Assembly: GCA_038231275.1 (NCBI GenBank)
Contig: JBBRLQ010000031.1
Location: forward strand, 1-64,000
Reading direction: 5' to 3'
From: Polyangiales bacterium
GTDB lineage: Bacteria; Myxococcota_A; Polyangia; Polyangiales; Polyangiaceae
Length of the DNA: 64,000 nucleotides
Position numbers and translations under genes: made by a program. The notes under the pieces are model-generated. The model searched no databases, was not told the DNA's origin, and saw only the letters and a list, made by a program, of their open reading frames with translations. Shown piece by piece: positions 20,865-31,239 of the stretch (position 1 is its first letter; each line of letters starts with the position of its first letter).

Positions 20865-22610
20865 ATGTCCCTCCCCATGACCTTCCCCACGCGCCTCCGC
20901 ACTGTCTTGGTCCTGCCGGCCGTGTCCCTCGCGCTCGTCGCGCTCGTCGCGTGCGGCTCGCGTCCCAAGCCGCTCCCACCTCCTCCGCCGACGATGTCGT
21001 CCGCCGCCGCGACCCTGCCGGCGTCGGTCGGGGCGCTCGCGAAAGGGGCGATCCTGTTCGATGATCTCGGGACGCACCGGCGCGTGATCTCGACGGCGTC
21101 GCCCGAGGCGCAGAAGTATTTCGATCAAGGGCTGCGCCTCGCGTACGGGTTCAACCACGACGAGGCGACGCGCTCGTTCGCGCGCGGCGCGGAGATCGAT
21201 CCGGGCTGCGCGATGTGCCTCTGGGGCGCGGCGTACACGATGGGGCCGAACTACAACGTGCCCATGCTGCCCGATCGCGCGAAGGCGGCGTGGGAGGCGC
21301 TGGAGCGCGCGAAGTCGTTGACGGCGAAGGTCACGCCGGTCGAGGCGGCGCTCATCGGAGCGCTCGCGAAGCGCTACAAGGGGCCCGAGCCCGTCGACCC
21401 CGCGGCGATGGAGCCGTTCAGCGCCGCGTACGCCACTGCGATGAAAGAGGTCGCGACGACGTACCCCGCCGACGACGACGTGCAGGTCCTCACGGCCGAG
21501 GCGAGGATGGACGTGCTTCCGTGGAAGCTCTGGTCGCTCGACGGCAAGCCGGCCGCCGACACCGAGGAGATCGTCGATCAGCTCGAGACGGTCCTCGATC
21601 GAAATCCAACGCACCCCGGCGCGAACCACTATTACATCCACGCGATCGAGGCCTCGACGACTCCGGAGAAAGGGCTGCCCGCGGCGGAGCGACTCGCGGG
21701 GCTCATGCCGGGCGCCGGGCACATCGTGCACATGCCGGCGCACATCTTCCAGCGGGTGGGGCGCTACGCCGACGCGTCGGCGGCGAACGAGAAGGCGGCG
21801 GCGGTCGACGAGGCATACCTGAAGAAGGTGAAGGCGCCGGGCTACTACCCGATGTACCTCGGGCACAACTACGGCTTTCTCGCGTTCTCGGCCTCTATGG
21901 AAGGGCGGAGCGCGACGGCGATCGACGCGGCACGTCGCGCGGCGAAGGCGATGCCGCCCGGGATGATCGACATGATGCCGGGGATGGACTTCTTCGTGGC
22001 CGAGCCGATCCTCGTGCTCGTGCGCTTCGGGAAGTGGGACGAGCTCCTCGCCGAGCCGCGGCCCGATCCGAAATACGCGGTTTTTACCGGGCTCTGGCTT
22101 CATGGCCACGGAATGGCGCTCGCCACGAAGGGCAAGCTCGAAGAGGCGCGCGCGGACCACGCCGCGCTGCTCGAGGTCGCAAAGGCGGCACCGGCGGGGA
22201 TGACTGCGGGCAACAGTCAGGCGAAGGACGTCTTCGCCGTCGCTGCAAAGGTCCTCGAGGCGCGCATCGCGTCGCACGAGCCGAAAAGGAAAAAAGAAGA
22301 AGCGCTCGCGCTTTGGGCAGAGGCGGTGGCGCTCGCCGACGGGCTCGCGTACTCGGAGCCCGACGACTGGTTCTACTCCGTGCGGGATCTCCAGGGCGCG
22401 GCGCTCCTCGCGGCGCACCTGCCGGGTAAGGCCGAGGCGGTGTTCCGTAAGGACCTGGCGCGACGGCCGCACAGCGGGTGGGCGACGATCGGGCTCCTGC
22501 GCGCGCTCGCCGCCCAGCACAAGGGCGGCGCGGAGGCGAAGGCGCTCGCCGAGGATCTCGCGAAGGTGTGGGCGAACGCGGACGTGAAGCCGCCGTCGAG
22601 CGCGTATTAG
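20865..22610 (+). CDS. TPR-repeat lipoprotein
   Basis: LVAC lipobox; FDQGL..AYGFNHDEA, HPGANHYYIH, HMPAHIF motifs and helical repeats. Confidence 0.8.
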   Translation: MSLPMTFPTRLRTVLVLPAVSLALVALVACGSRPKPLPPPPPTMSSAAATLPASVGALAKGAILFDDLGTHRRVISTASPEAQKYFDQGLRLAYGFNHDEATRSFARGAEIDPGCAMCLWGAAYTMGPNYNVPMLPDRAKAAWEALERAKSLTAKVTPVEAALIGALAKRYKGPEPVDPAAMEPFSAAYATAMKEVATTYPADDDVQVLTAEARMDVLPWKLWSLDGKPAADTEEIVDQLETVLDRNPTHPGANHYYIHAIEASTTPEKGLPAAERLAGLMPGAGHIVHMPAHIFQRVGRYADASAANEKAAAVDEAYLKKVKAPGYYPMYLGHNYGFLAFSASMEGRSATAIDAARRAAKAMPPGMIDMMPGMDFFVAEPILVLVRFGKWDELLAEPRPDPKYAVFTGLWLHGHGMALATKGKLEEARADHAALLEVAKAAPAGMTAGNSQAKDVFAVAAKVLEARIASHEPKRKKEEALALWAEAVALADGLAYSEPDDWFYSVRDLQGAALLAAHLPGKAEAVFRKDLARRPHSGWATIGLLRALAAQHKGGAEAKALAEDLAKVWANADVKPPSSAY

Positions 22611-22631
22611 AGCATCTGGTATCGTCCTCCA

Positions 22632-23498
22632 GTGGGCGTAGGAGGACGCGGCGAGCGGTTCTGCGCGGCCCGGCCGGGGTGGACGCCGTCGGCCGCGCTC
22701 GAGGCCGCCCTAGCGTCGGCGTTCGACGTCGCGCGCGCGGCGCGGCCCGATCTCGCGGTCGATGAGAGTGCATTCCTCACGTATCTCGCGGCGCGCGTCG
22801 AGCCGCCGGATCCGAACGCGATCGCGCGCGTGCACGTGGCCGATGTCTACCTCGCGTGCGCGTGCGCGGCGGGCGACGCGCGTTCTCGGGCGATCGACGC
22901 GTTCGCCAAGGCATACCTGGTCGACGTCGGCGCGTACCTCTCCGCGAGCGGCAACGCGGGACTCGCCGACGAGGTCCGGCAGATCTTGCTCGAGCGCTTC
23001 TTCGTCGGCGGCGTCGCCCCGCCCAAGATCCTCGATTACACGGGGCGCGGCCCATTGCGCGGTTGGGTGCGCGTCGCCGCCGTTCGTGCCGCCCTCAGCA
23101 TCCGGCGCACCGAGAAGAGCGGCGACCCCGACGAGCTCGACGCCCTCGTCGCCTCGGTCGATCCCGAGCTCGACGCGCTGAAGCTGCAATTCAAGGACGA
23201 CTTCCGCCGCGCGCTCGTCGACGCGCTCGACGCCCTCGGCGAACGCGAGCGCGCGCTCCTCAAGCTGCACTACCTCGACGGCGTGCCGGTCGAGCGCCTC
23301 GCCACGATCTACGGCGTCCATCGCGGGAGCGCGTCGCGCTGGCTCTCCGCCGCACGCGAGGCAATCATGGAGCGGACGCGCGCCCTCCTCCGCGAGCGCC
23401 TCGCCCTCACCGACTCGCAGTTCACGAGCGTCGCCGCGCTCGTGCAGAGCCAGCTCGACCTCAGCCTCCGCCAGCTCCTCCGCACGCGCGGGCGCTGA
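22632..23498 (+). CDS. RNA polymerase sigma-70 factor, Myxococcales-type (ECF-like)
   Basis: DVYLACACAAG, YTGRGPLRGWVRV, region-4 HTH (LATIYGVHRGSASRW). Confidence 0.82.
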   Translation: MGVGGRGERFCAARPGWTPSAALEAALASAFDVARAARPDLAVDESAFLTYLAARVEPPDPNAIARVHVADVYLACACAAGDARSRAIDAFAKAYLVDVGAYLSASGNAGLADEVRQILLERFFVGGVAPPKILDYTGRGPLRGWVRVAAVRAALSIRRTEKSGDPDELDALVASVDPELDALKLQFKDDFRRALVDALDALGERERALLKLHYLDGVPVERLATIYGVHRGSASRWLSAAREAIMERTRALLRERLALTDSQFTSVAALVQSQLDLSLRQLLRTRGR

Positions 23499-23612
23499 CA
23501 GAAGGTCGCCATTCTCATCGTCGACGGCGCGCCGATCGAGGACCCTGATCCTACGCCCAACTCGACGCGCGACGCCTGTCACGCGGCAGGGCGAATCGGC
23601 GATACTCCCCAT

Positions 23613-25892
23613 ATGGTCGGAGCATCGCGGTGCGCAGGGCTCGTGCTTGTCGGTGCGCTCATGGCGTGTGTGCAGCCGACACCGCGCGTCCCGCACCCGT
23701 CGCCGGCCTCCTCAATCGCGCCGTCCTGCCGCGCCGGCGAGCGCGTCACGATCACGCGCGACGACTGGGGCATCGCCCACGTCCGCGCGCCGACCGACGA
23801 AGAGGCCGTCTTCGGCATGATGTACGCGCAAGCCGAGGACGACTTCGCGCGCATCGAAACGAACTACCTGGTCGCGCTCGGCCGCCTCGCCCGAGCCGAC
23901 GGGGAGAGCGCGATCTGGCAGGACTTGCGCCAGCGCCTCTACGTCCGCGACGACGCGCTTCGTGCGGCCTATGCGACCGCTCCGTCGTGGCTCCAGAAGC
24001 TCATGGACGCGTGGGCGGGTGGCCTCGATTGTTACCTCGACACGCACCCCGAAGTTCGTCCGCGCGCGCTCCCGCGCTTCGAGCCGTGGATGGCCCTCTC
24101 GTTCACCGAAGGGAGCATCGGCGGCGACATCGAACGGATCTCGCTTCCCGAACTCCGCAGGTTCTACGGAACCGAGACCGAGCGCGCGCAGAAGGTCGAC
24201 GGGCCGCCGCGAGCCGACCGCGCGATCGCCGAGCTGCTCGACGAGCGCTCGGCCTCGAACGGCATCGCCCTCGCACCCGCGCGTACCGAAGGCGGCCATC
24301 CGCTCCTTCTCATCAACCCGCACACTTCGCTCTTCTTCCGGTCCGAGCTGCACGTGACGAGCGATACCGGCCTCGACGTGTACGGAGCGGTGACGTGGGG
24401 GCAGCCGTTCGTCTACCAGGGCTTCAACCGGCGCCTCGCCTTCATGCACACGTCGAGCGGCGTGGACGCAGTCGACGAGTTCCGTGAGACGATCGCACTT
24501 CGCGGCGGGGGTAAGGGGCGCGTTTACCGCTACGGCGCGGAGGAGCGCCCGGTCACGACGTCCGAGATCGACATCCCCTACAAGACCGACGCCGGCGCGA
24601 TGGCGTCGCGCCGCTTCACTGTCTACCGCACGCATCATGGTCCGATCGTGCGCGCGGAAGGGGACGCGTGGATCAGCTTCGCGATGATGGATCGGCCGAC
24701 CTTGGCGCTGGAGCAGTCGTTCCTCCGCACCAAGGCCCGGTCGCACGCGGAGTACATGCGGGTCATGGACCTCCGCGCGAACTCGTCGAACGACACGGTG
24801 TACGCCGACGCCGATGGGGTCGTCGCGTACTTGCATCCCCAATTCGTGCCGCGCAGAGACGACCGATTCGACTACCTGCGCCCCGTCGACGGGAGCGATC
24901 CGCTCACGGACTGGAAAGGCGAGCACGCGCTCGGCGAGCTGCCGGCGGTGGTCAGCCCGCCCGGAGGCTTCATCCAAAACACGAACGATTGGCCGTTCTC
25001 GGCGGCGGGAAAAGACAGCCCCGCGCGCGAGCGGTTCCCGCGGTACATGGATACTCACGGGGAAAATCCCCGCGGCCTGCATGCCCTCGCGCTCCTCGAA
25101 GGGAAGACCGCGTTCACACCCGAGCGCCTCCGGGCTGCCGCCTTCGATCCGCTGATGCCGGCGTTCGCGCGAATGATCCCCGCCCTCGTCGCCGCGCACG
25201 ACGCGTCGCCGCCGTCTGCGCAAAAGACACGGCGAGGCGACGCGGTCGGTGAGCTGCGTCACTGGGATTTCCGGTGGGACCTCGCTTCGGTCCCGACGAC
25301 GCTGGCGATCGCCTGGGGCGAGGAGGTCCTGCGGAGGTGCGAGGCGGCGACGGACGGCCCCATCGCCGCGTACGCCTGCGCGTGGTCGTCGGCTCCCGCC
25401 GGCAACCCACTCGCGTCGTTCGACGCCGCGCTGGCCAAGGTCGAACGGGACTTCGGCACATGGCGCGTCGCGTGGGGAGACGTGAACCGCGTGCAGCGGC
25501 GCGCCGCCGGGCCGGCCGATGACGCGCCGAGCACAGCGGTGCCCTTCACTCCCGGTGTTTGGGGCTCGCTCGCTTCGCTTGCCACCGTCACGCCGGCGGG
25601 CACACGCCGCCGCTACGGTGCGAGCGGCAACAGCTTCGTCGCGATCGTGGAGCTGTTACCCGATGGGCCGCGTGCGATGGCGGTGACCGCCGGCGGGGCG
25701 AGCGGCGATCCGACGTCACGGCACTACGCCGACCAAATGGATCGCTACGCGAGCGGCCGTCTTCGCCCGGTGTATTTTCGCGCGCAAGACCTCGCCGGTC
25801 ACACCGAGCGTGTCTACCGCCCAGGCGACCGCCCACGCGCATCGGCCGATCAGCGGAGCGCGTCGGGCGTCGGGACTCCGTCGCGCTTGTAG
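23613..25892 (+). CDS. Penicillin/glutaryl-7-ACA/AHL acylase family Ntn-hydrolase (peptidase S45)
   Basis: RDDWGIAHV, YAQAED, catalytic SNG, LLINPH, THHGP, IQNTN; lipoprotein-like signal. Confidence 0.92.
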   Translation: MVGASRCAGLVLVGALMACVQPTPRVPHPSPASSIAPSCRAGERVTITRDDWGIAHVRAPTDEEAVFGMMYAQAEDDFARIETNYLVALGRLARADGESAIWQDLRQRLYVRDDALRAAYATAPSWLQKLMDAWAGGLDCYLDTHPEVRPRALPRFEPWMALSFTEGSIGGDIERISLPELRRFYGTETERAQKVDGPPRADRAIAELLDERSASNGIALAPARTEGGHPLLLINPHTSLFFRSELHVTSDTGLDVYGAVTWGQPFVYQGFNRRLAFMHTSSGVDAVDEFRETIALRGGGKGRVYRYGAEERPVTTSEIDIPYKTDAGAMASRRFTVYRTHHGPIVRAEGDAWISFAMMDRPTLALEQSFLRTKARSHAEYMRVMDLRANSSNDTVYADADGVVAYLHPQFVPRRDDRFDYLRPVDGSDPLTDWKGEHALGELPAVVSPPGGFIQNTNDWPFSAAGKDSPARERFPRYMDTHGENPRGLHALALLEGKTAFTPERLRAAAFDPLMPAFARMIPALVAAHDASPPSAQKTRRGDAVGELRHWDFRWDLASVPTTLAIAWGEEVLRRCEAATDGPIAAYACAWSSAPAGNPLASFDAALAKVERDFGTWRVAWGDVNRVQRRAAGPADDAPSTAVPFTPGVWGSLASLATVTPAGTRRRYGASGNSFVAIVELLPDGPRAMAVTAGGASGDPTSRHYADQMDRYASGRLRPVYFRAQDLAGHTERVYRPGDRPRASADQRSASGVGTPSRL

Positions 25893-27304
25893 ACGACGCC
25901 CCCCTTCATGACGAACGACACCCGCTCGAGCGCGGTGACGTCGGCGAGGGGATCGGCGTCCACAGCGACGAGATCGGCGAGCCTTCCAACCTCGATCGCG
26001 CCTAGCTCCTTGCCGCGATCGAGGAGGTCCGCGGCCACCGTCGTGGCCGACTGGATGGCAGCCATCGGCGTCATTCCGTACTGGACCATGAACCCGAACT
26101 CGCGCGCCTGGAGCTGCGTCCACGGGAACCCGCCCGCGTCGGTGCCGAACGCGATGCGCACGTTCTTCTTAACGGCCTTTCCGAACGCGACGCGCTCGGC
26201 GTCGACGAGCTTGGGCCACACCCCTTTGCGCGCCGGCGCGACGTCGATGCCGACGCCGATGGTGGGGCACCAGTAGACCTTGGCGCGCACCATACGATCG
26301 AGCAGCTCGTCGTCCAATCCGTCGCCGTGCTCGATCGTGTCGACGCCGGCGCGAAGGGCAGCGTCGATGCCGTCCCACCCGATCGCGTGCGCCGCGACGC
26401 GCTTGCCGAGCCGGTGCGCCTCCCGCACGATCGCCTTGGCTTCTTCGTCGTTGAAGTTGACCATCGAGCACACCGCGTGTGCGCACGGGCCCTCGGACGA
26501 CGTGAAATAGCGACGATCGGCGTAGAATTTGATGAGATCGGCGCCGTACTTCACCTGCTCGCGCACAGCGCGCGTGACACCGTCGACGCCGTCGGCGATC
26601 TGCACGCCTTCCGGCATCTTGAGCTCCCACGAGTAGCCGAGGACCGGGTACATGCCGGTGGGCGCGAGCGCGCGCGTGGCCACGAAGAGGCGTGGCCCGG
26701 GGATGACGCCCCGCTCGATCGCCTTCTTCACGTCGACGTCGGCGTACATCGCCCCTTCGGTCTCGAGATCGCGCATCGACGTGAACCCCGCGAGGAGCGC
26801 GGTGCGCGCGGCGGCGGTCGCGCGGATGGCGCGGTACGGGATGCTCTCCTTCAAGATCTGCTCGTCGTACTCCTCGGAGGTCGCATCGCCTTGGAGGAGG
26901 ACATGCGTGTGCGCGTCGATGAGTCCCGGCAGCAGCGTGGCGCCGTGGAGATCGATTCGACGATTCGGCGGCGCGCGATCTTGGAGCTGCGCGCGCGTGC
27001 CGATCTCTTTGATGCGACCGTCGACGACGAGCACCGCGACGTCCGCGCGCGGCGTGGCGGCGATCCCATCGATCATCTTGGCCGCCAGGATCACGGTGGG
27101 CTCGCCGGGCCCCGCGTCCGCAGTGGCGACGCGCGGCGTCGGCGTGAGGGGAGCGACCGGAGCGTTGAGCGTTGCTTGGCTCAGCGCAGGAGGCTCGCCC
27201 GATTGCCGGTCACTTTCGCTGCGCGCACACCCGACCGGCAGCAGCGAAAGCGTCGCCACGACGAGAGCTCGGACCTCGAGGCTACGGAGGAAGACCATCG
27301 TCAT
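25850..27304 (-). CDS. Metal-dependent amidohydrolase (Xaa-Pro dipeptidase-like), lipoprotein
   Basis: PGLIDAHTH, IKFY, AAHA, IEHG, FGTDAG, ADLVAVDADPL. Confidence 0.9.
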   Translation of the reverse strand: MTMVFLRSLEVRALVVATLSLLPVGCARSESDRQSGEPPALSQATLNAPVAPLTPTPRVATADAGPGEPTVILAAKMIDGIAATPRADVAVLVVDGRIKEIGTRAQLQDRAPPNRRIDLHGATLLPGLIDAHTHVLLQGDATSEEYDEQILKESIPYRAIRATAAARTALLAGFTSMRDLETEGAMYADVDVKKAIERGVIPGPRLFVATRALAPTGMYPVLGYSWELKMPEGVQIADGVDGVTRAVREQVKYGADLIKFYADRRYFTSSEGPCAHAVCSMVNFNDEEAKAIVREAHRLGKRVAAHAIGWDGIDAALRAGVDTIEHGDGLDDELLDRMVRAKVYWCPTIGVGIDVAPARKGVWPKLVDAERVAFGKAVKKNVRIAFGTDAGGFPWTQLQAREFGFMVQYGMTPMAAIQSATTVAADLLDRGKELGAIEVGRLADLVAVDADPLADVTALERVSFVMKGGVVYKRDGVPTPDALR

Positions 27305-27387
27305 GGCGCCACGATGAACGAGAACGCGGGAGTGGGAAAATAAGCCGGTCCCGCCGCCGGTCTCCCGCGCCGCGCGGCGCGGTCGCG

Positions 27388-28446
27388 CTACCGCGACGTG
27401 GTGGCGCGCAGGGCGATCGCCGCGGCGAAGAGCTCGTCGTGCGCGGCCGGGCGCGCCGCGCGGATCGTGATATTTTCGCGTGTAGGGTACACACGATTGG
27501 TCAAGAGCGTCACGACCGTCTGCGCGTCGGGATCGATCCAGACGCTCGTGCCCGTGAAGCCGAGGTGACCGAAGGTCCGTGGCCCCATGCGCGTCCCGGC
27601 GCTCGATCCCTCGGGGCTCTTGCCGTCCCATCCCGCGAGCAGCGATCCACCTTGCCGCGGACGCGTCATCCACGCGAGTCCCGGTTCGTCCCGCACGGCG
27701 TCGTGCGCCGCCGCGCCGAGGGCGATGACGGCCGCGACCGTCCCGAACATCCCTGCGTGCCCCGAGCCGCCCGTTCCCGTTAGCGCCCACGCGTTCTCGT
27801 CGTGGACCACGCCGCGCACGACGCCACCACGCCACGCCACGTCCTCGGTCGCCGCCACGCGCGCATCGAAGTCCTTCCCGCCCGCGCGTTCGGCGAGCGT
27901 GCGCGCGGTGCCGAGCGTGTCCTCGAGCCCGAGGCGCTTCACCACGACGCGCTCGATCGCCTCCCCCGCGTCGCGCGCGCCGACGTGACGCGCGAGCGCG
28001 ACGCCCGCGAGGACGTAGCCGAGATCGCTGTAGACCGGCGCGAAGCCTCCGCGTGGAGCCTCTCCTTTCGCGTCCGCCCTTCGCGCGTCGCCCGCACGCG
28101 CGATCGCGGACGGGACGTCGACGGACTCCCCCGCGAGGAGCGGCGCATACAGAGGAAGGTGCGCCTCGAGCCCTGCGCGATGCGCCAGCAGCAGCTCGAG
28201 CGGAACCGCTCCGCTCGCGGTTCCCTTAGCCTCCGCGACGAGATCACCAAGCGTCGCGCGCACGTCGAGGCCGCTCCACCCGATCGCGAGCGCCGTCATC
28301 GGCTTCGTGAGGCTCGCGAGATCGAAGTACGTCTCTGTCGCGCCAGCGGTGGCCGTCACCCACACGCCCCCCTGCGCAGCGGCCGCCCCGGTCGCGACGA
28401 CACCCGCAACCCCCTCTTCGATAAGCCGTTCGATGAGCGCCTTCAC
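27388..28446 (-). CDS. Serine hydrolase, beta-lactamase/class C family
   Basis: FDLASLTK (SxxK), LLAHRAGL, YSDLG, GVVHDEN, GHAGMF, GHLGFTGT. Confidence 0.88.
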   Translation of the reverse strand: MKALIERLIEEGVAGVVATGAAAAQGGVWVTATAGATETYFDLASLTKPMTALAIGWSGLDVRATLGDLVAEAKGTASGAVPLELLLAHRAGLEAHLPLYAPLLAGESVDVPSAIARAGDARRADAKGEAPRGGFAPVYSDLGYVLAGVALARHVGARDAGEAIERVVVKRLGLEDTLGTARTLAERAGGKDFDARVAATEDVAWRGGVVRGVVHDENAWALTGTGGSGHAGMFGTVAAVIALGAAAHDAVRDEPGLAWMTRPRQGGSLLAGWDGKSPEGSSAGTRMGPRTFGHLGFTGTSVWIDPDAQTVVTLLTNRVYPTRENITIRAARPAAHDELFAAAIALRATTSR

Positions 28447-28493
28447 TGCCGAGTCCTTTGACCGTCGCCGCGTTCGCCAAGTACCCTTTGAGC

Positions 28494-29705
28494 ATGGCCG
28501 AGTTCGTGTGGGAAGCGCGCGCGCGTACAGGCGAGCTTCGCAAGGGCAGCATGGAGGCGGACGACGCCGACGCGGTGAACAACCGCCTGCGTTCGCAGCA
28601 GCTCACGCCGACCAAGGTCAAGAAGAAGTCCAAGGGCTTCAACTTCTCGCTCGGCTCCGGCGTCAACGCGAAGGATCTCGTCACCTTCACGCGACTCTTC
28701 GCGACGATGATCGATGCCGGTCTCCCCATCGTCCAGTGCCTCGAGATCTTGCAGGGCCAGACCGACAACAAGGCTTTCGCTACCGTGCTCCGCGACGTGA
28801 AAGCGAACGTCGAGCAGGGCTCCACCTTCAGCGACTCGCTCCGCAAGCACCCGAAGGTGTTCGACGCGCTCTACGTCAACCTCGTCCAAGCCGGCGAGGT
28901 CGGCGGCATCCTCGACACGATCCTGAACCGTCTCGCGGTCTACAACGAAAAAGCCGCGAAGCTGCGTCGCCAGGTCCGCGGCGCGATGGTCTATCCGAGC
29001 GCCGTCCTCGTGATCTTCATGGTCGTCCTCGGCATCTTGCTCGGCTGGGTCATCCCGTCGTTCAAGACGATCTTCAAAGATCTCGGCAGCAAGGACGACT
29101 TGCCGGCCCTGACCGAGATCGTCATCAAGGTCAGCGAGATCTTCGTCGGCTACTTGCCGCTCATCGTCCTCGGGCTCGTCGGCCTCGGCGTGCTGGCGGT
29201 CACCATTTACCGGAGACCACGCGGAAAACGGTTCGCGCACAAGGCGATCTTGGCGATGCCCATCGTCGGCATCGTCATGAAGAAGATCGCCGTCGCGCGC
29301 TTCACGCGAACGCTCGGCACGCTCCTCGCGTCGGGCGTTCCCATCCTCGACGCGCTCGAGATCGTCGCGAAGACCGCCGGCAACGTGGTCATCGAAGAAG
29401 GCATCATGTACACGCGGCAGAAGATCAGCGAGGGCAAGAACATGGCCTCCCCGCTGATGGAGACGAACGTCTTCCCGCCGATGGTCGTGCAGATGGTCGG
29501 CGTCGGCGAGCAGACCGGCGCGCTCGACGCGATGCTCAACAAGATCGCCGATTTCTACGAAGAAGAGGTCGACGTCGCGGTCGCCTCACTGACGAGCCTC
29601 ATCGAGCCGATCATGATGGTCGGCATCGGCGGCACCGTCGGCGTCGTCCTCATCGCGATGTACCTCCCTATTTTCAGCATCGCCGGCAAGATCAAGGCGG
29701 ACTGA
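28494..29705 (+). CDS. pilC: Type IV pilus platform protein PilC (T2SS F family)
   Basis: FTRLFATMIDAGLPIVQCL, AGEVGGILD, GEQTGALDAML, AMYLPIF. Confidence 0.95.
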   Translation: MAEFVWEARARTGELRKGSMEADDADAVNNRLRSQQLTPTKVKKKSKGFNFSLGSGVNAKDLVTFTRLFATMIDAGLPIVQCLEILQGQTDNKAFATVLRDVKANVEQGSTFSDSLRKHPKVFDALYVNLVQAGEVGGILDTILNRLAVYNEKAAKLRRQVRGAMVYPSAVLVIFMVVLGILLGWVIPSFKTIFKDLGSKDDLPALTEIVIKVSEIFVGYLPLIVLGLVGLGVLAVTIYRRPRGKRFAHKAILAMPIVGIVMKKIAVARFTRTLGTLLASGVPILDALEIVAKTAGNVVIEEGIMYTRQKISEGKNMASPLMETNVFPPMVVQMVGVGEQTGALDAMLNKIADFYEEEVDVAVASLTSLIEPIMMVGIGGTVGVVLIAMYLPIFSIAGKIKAD

Positions 29706-29730
29706 TCAAGACGCTCCCCCGAGGGGCCGC

Positions 29731-31056
29731 ATGAAGCTCGGCACGGCCCAGAGCGACGGATTGGCGACGAGGCTCGCGTGGGTCACCGCGCTGCGCCTCG
29801 GCTTCTTGATGCTGCTCCTCGGAGCGCTGGCGACGTCGTACCTGCGCGGCGGGCTCGAGGACTATCCGCACACGATGCGGATCGTGTTCCTCACGATCGG
29901 CGCGTCGTTCGCGCTCGGCGCGGCGTACGGCGTCGCGCTGCGGCGCGGGAAAGACCTCGCGCGCCTCGCGATCGCGCAGATCGTTTGCGATCAGCTGACG
30001 TGGACCGCGATCGTCTACGTGTCGGGCGGCGCGACGAGCGGCGCCACGTCGTTCTACGCGCTCACGTGCCTCCTCGGCGCGATCCTCGCGGGTGAGCGCG
30101 GCGCGGCGGTTGCGGCGGCGGTCGGCGCGTCCTTGTACGGCGTCATGTGTGCCGCGTTCGCGCTGCATTGGATCTTGCCGCCCTCCGATCAGGGAGCCGC
30201 CAACTATACGACCGAGGTCCGCGAGCTCATCTATCCGCTACTCGTGAACCTCCTCGGGATCGCGGTCGTCGCGCTCTTGGCGGGGTACCTCGCGGTGCGC
30301 CTTCGCCTCACGGGCGGCGCGCTCGAGGACGCACAACGTCGCGCGCTCGAAGCCGAGCGGCTCGCCGTCCTCGGCACGCTCGCGACCGGTCTCGCGCACG
30401 AGATCCGAAATCCGCTCGGCTCGATCTCCGGCTCGATCGAGATGCTGCGCGAGTCGCCGGCCCTCTCCGCGGAGGACAAGCAGCTGTGCGGCATCGTCCG
30501 CCGCGAGGCCGCGCGCCTGAACAACCTCGTCACCGACATGATGGACTACGCGAAGCCGAGATCGCCGAACCCCGAATCGGTGGACGTCGCGGCGCTCGCG
30601 CGGGAGGTCGTCGAACTCGCGGCGCGTTCGGACCGGAGCGGCGCGGGCGACGTGACGGTGAGCTACGAAGGGCCGCAACAGGCCACGCTCGCGCGGTGCG
30701 ACGGCGCGCAGATGCGTCAGGTCTTGTGGAACCTCGTGCGCAACGCAGTGCAGGCGAGCGGCGCGGGCTCACAGGTGACGGTGCGGGTGGTGCCAGGTCC
30801 AAAGACCGTCGCGCTGTCGGTGCAGGACCGCGGCCCAGGCCTCCCCGAAGAGGCGCGCGCGCGCATCTTCGACGCGTTCTACACGACGCGCTCGCATGGC
30901 GTCGGCATCGGGCTCGCCGTGGTGAAGCGCATCATCGACGACCACGCCCCCTTCGGCGCGCGGATCGACGTCGCGAGTCCCGACGGAGGCGGCGCGCGGT
31001 TCACGGTCGAGCTCTCGACGGTCCTCACGCGTCGGCTCCCGCTCGCGCCGCGGTGA
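29731..31056 (+). CDS. pilS: PilS-like membrane sensor histidine kinase
   Basis: About six N-terminal TMs, AHEIRNPL H-box, NLVRNA, DRGPG, GVGIGL; directly downstream of pilC. Confidence 0.75.
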   Translation: MKLGTAQSDGLATRLAWVTALRLGFLMLLLGALATSYLRGGLEDYPHTMRIVFLTIGASFALGAAYGVALRRGKDLARLAIAQIVCDQLTWTAIVYVSGGATSGATSFYALTCLLGAILAGERGAAVAAAVGASLYGVMCAAFALHWILPPSDQGAANYTTEVRELIYPLLVNLLGIAVVALLAGYLAVRLRLTGGALEDAQRRALEAERLAVLGTLATGLAHEIRNPLGSISGSIEMLRESPALSAEDKQLCGIVRREAARLNNLVTDMMDYAKPRSPNPESVDVAALAREVVELAARSDRSGAGDVTVSYEGPQQATLARCDGAQMRQVLWNLVRNAVQASGAGSQVTVRVVPGPKTVALSVQDRGPGLPEEARARIFDAFYTTRSHGVGIGLAVVKRIIDDHAPFGARIDVASPDGGGARFTVELSTVLTRRLPLAPR

Positions 31057-31239
31057 CGGCTACGCAGCACGCAACCGCACGGTTCGTGCCGGCATCCAAT
31101 GGACGAATTGTGAGCGATTTCGTAAACATGGAACAAGGTGAATCGGGCCGGTTGCTGTCCCGTCTGACCTGCAGCAAATAGAAAGACCCCCGCGGCGTGC
31201 TCCTGAGCCGCCCCGCGCGGGAACCCGGAAGAAAGCCCC

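Noticed and set aside
31106..31116. AATTGTGAGCG, identical to the left half of the lac operator
   Set aside because: The right half is absent and there is no vector or lac context; most likely chance within an AT-richer promoter region.
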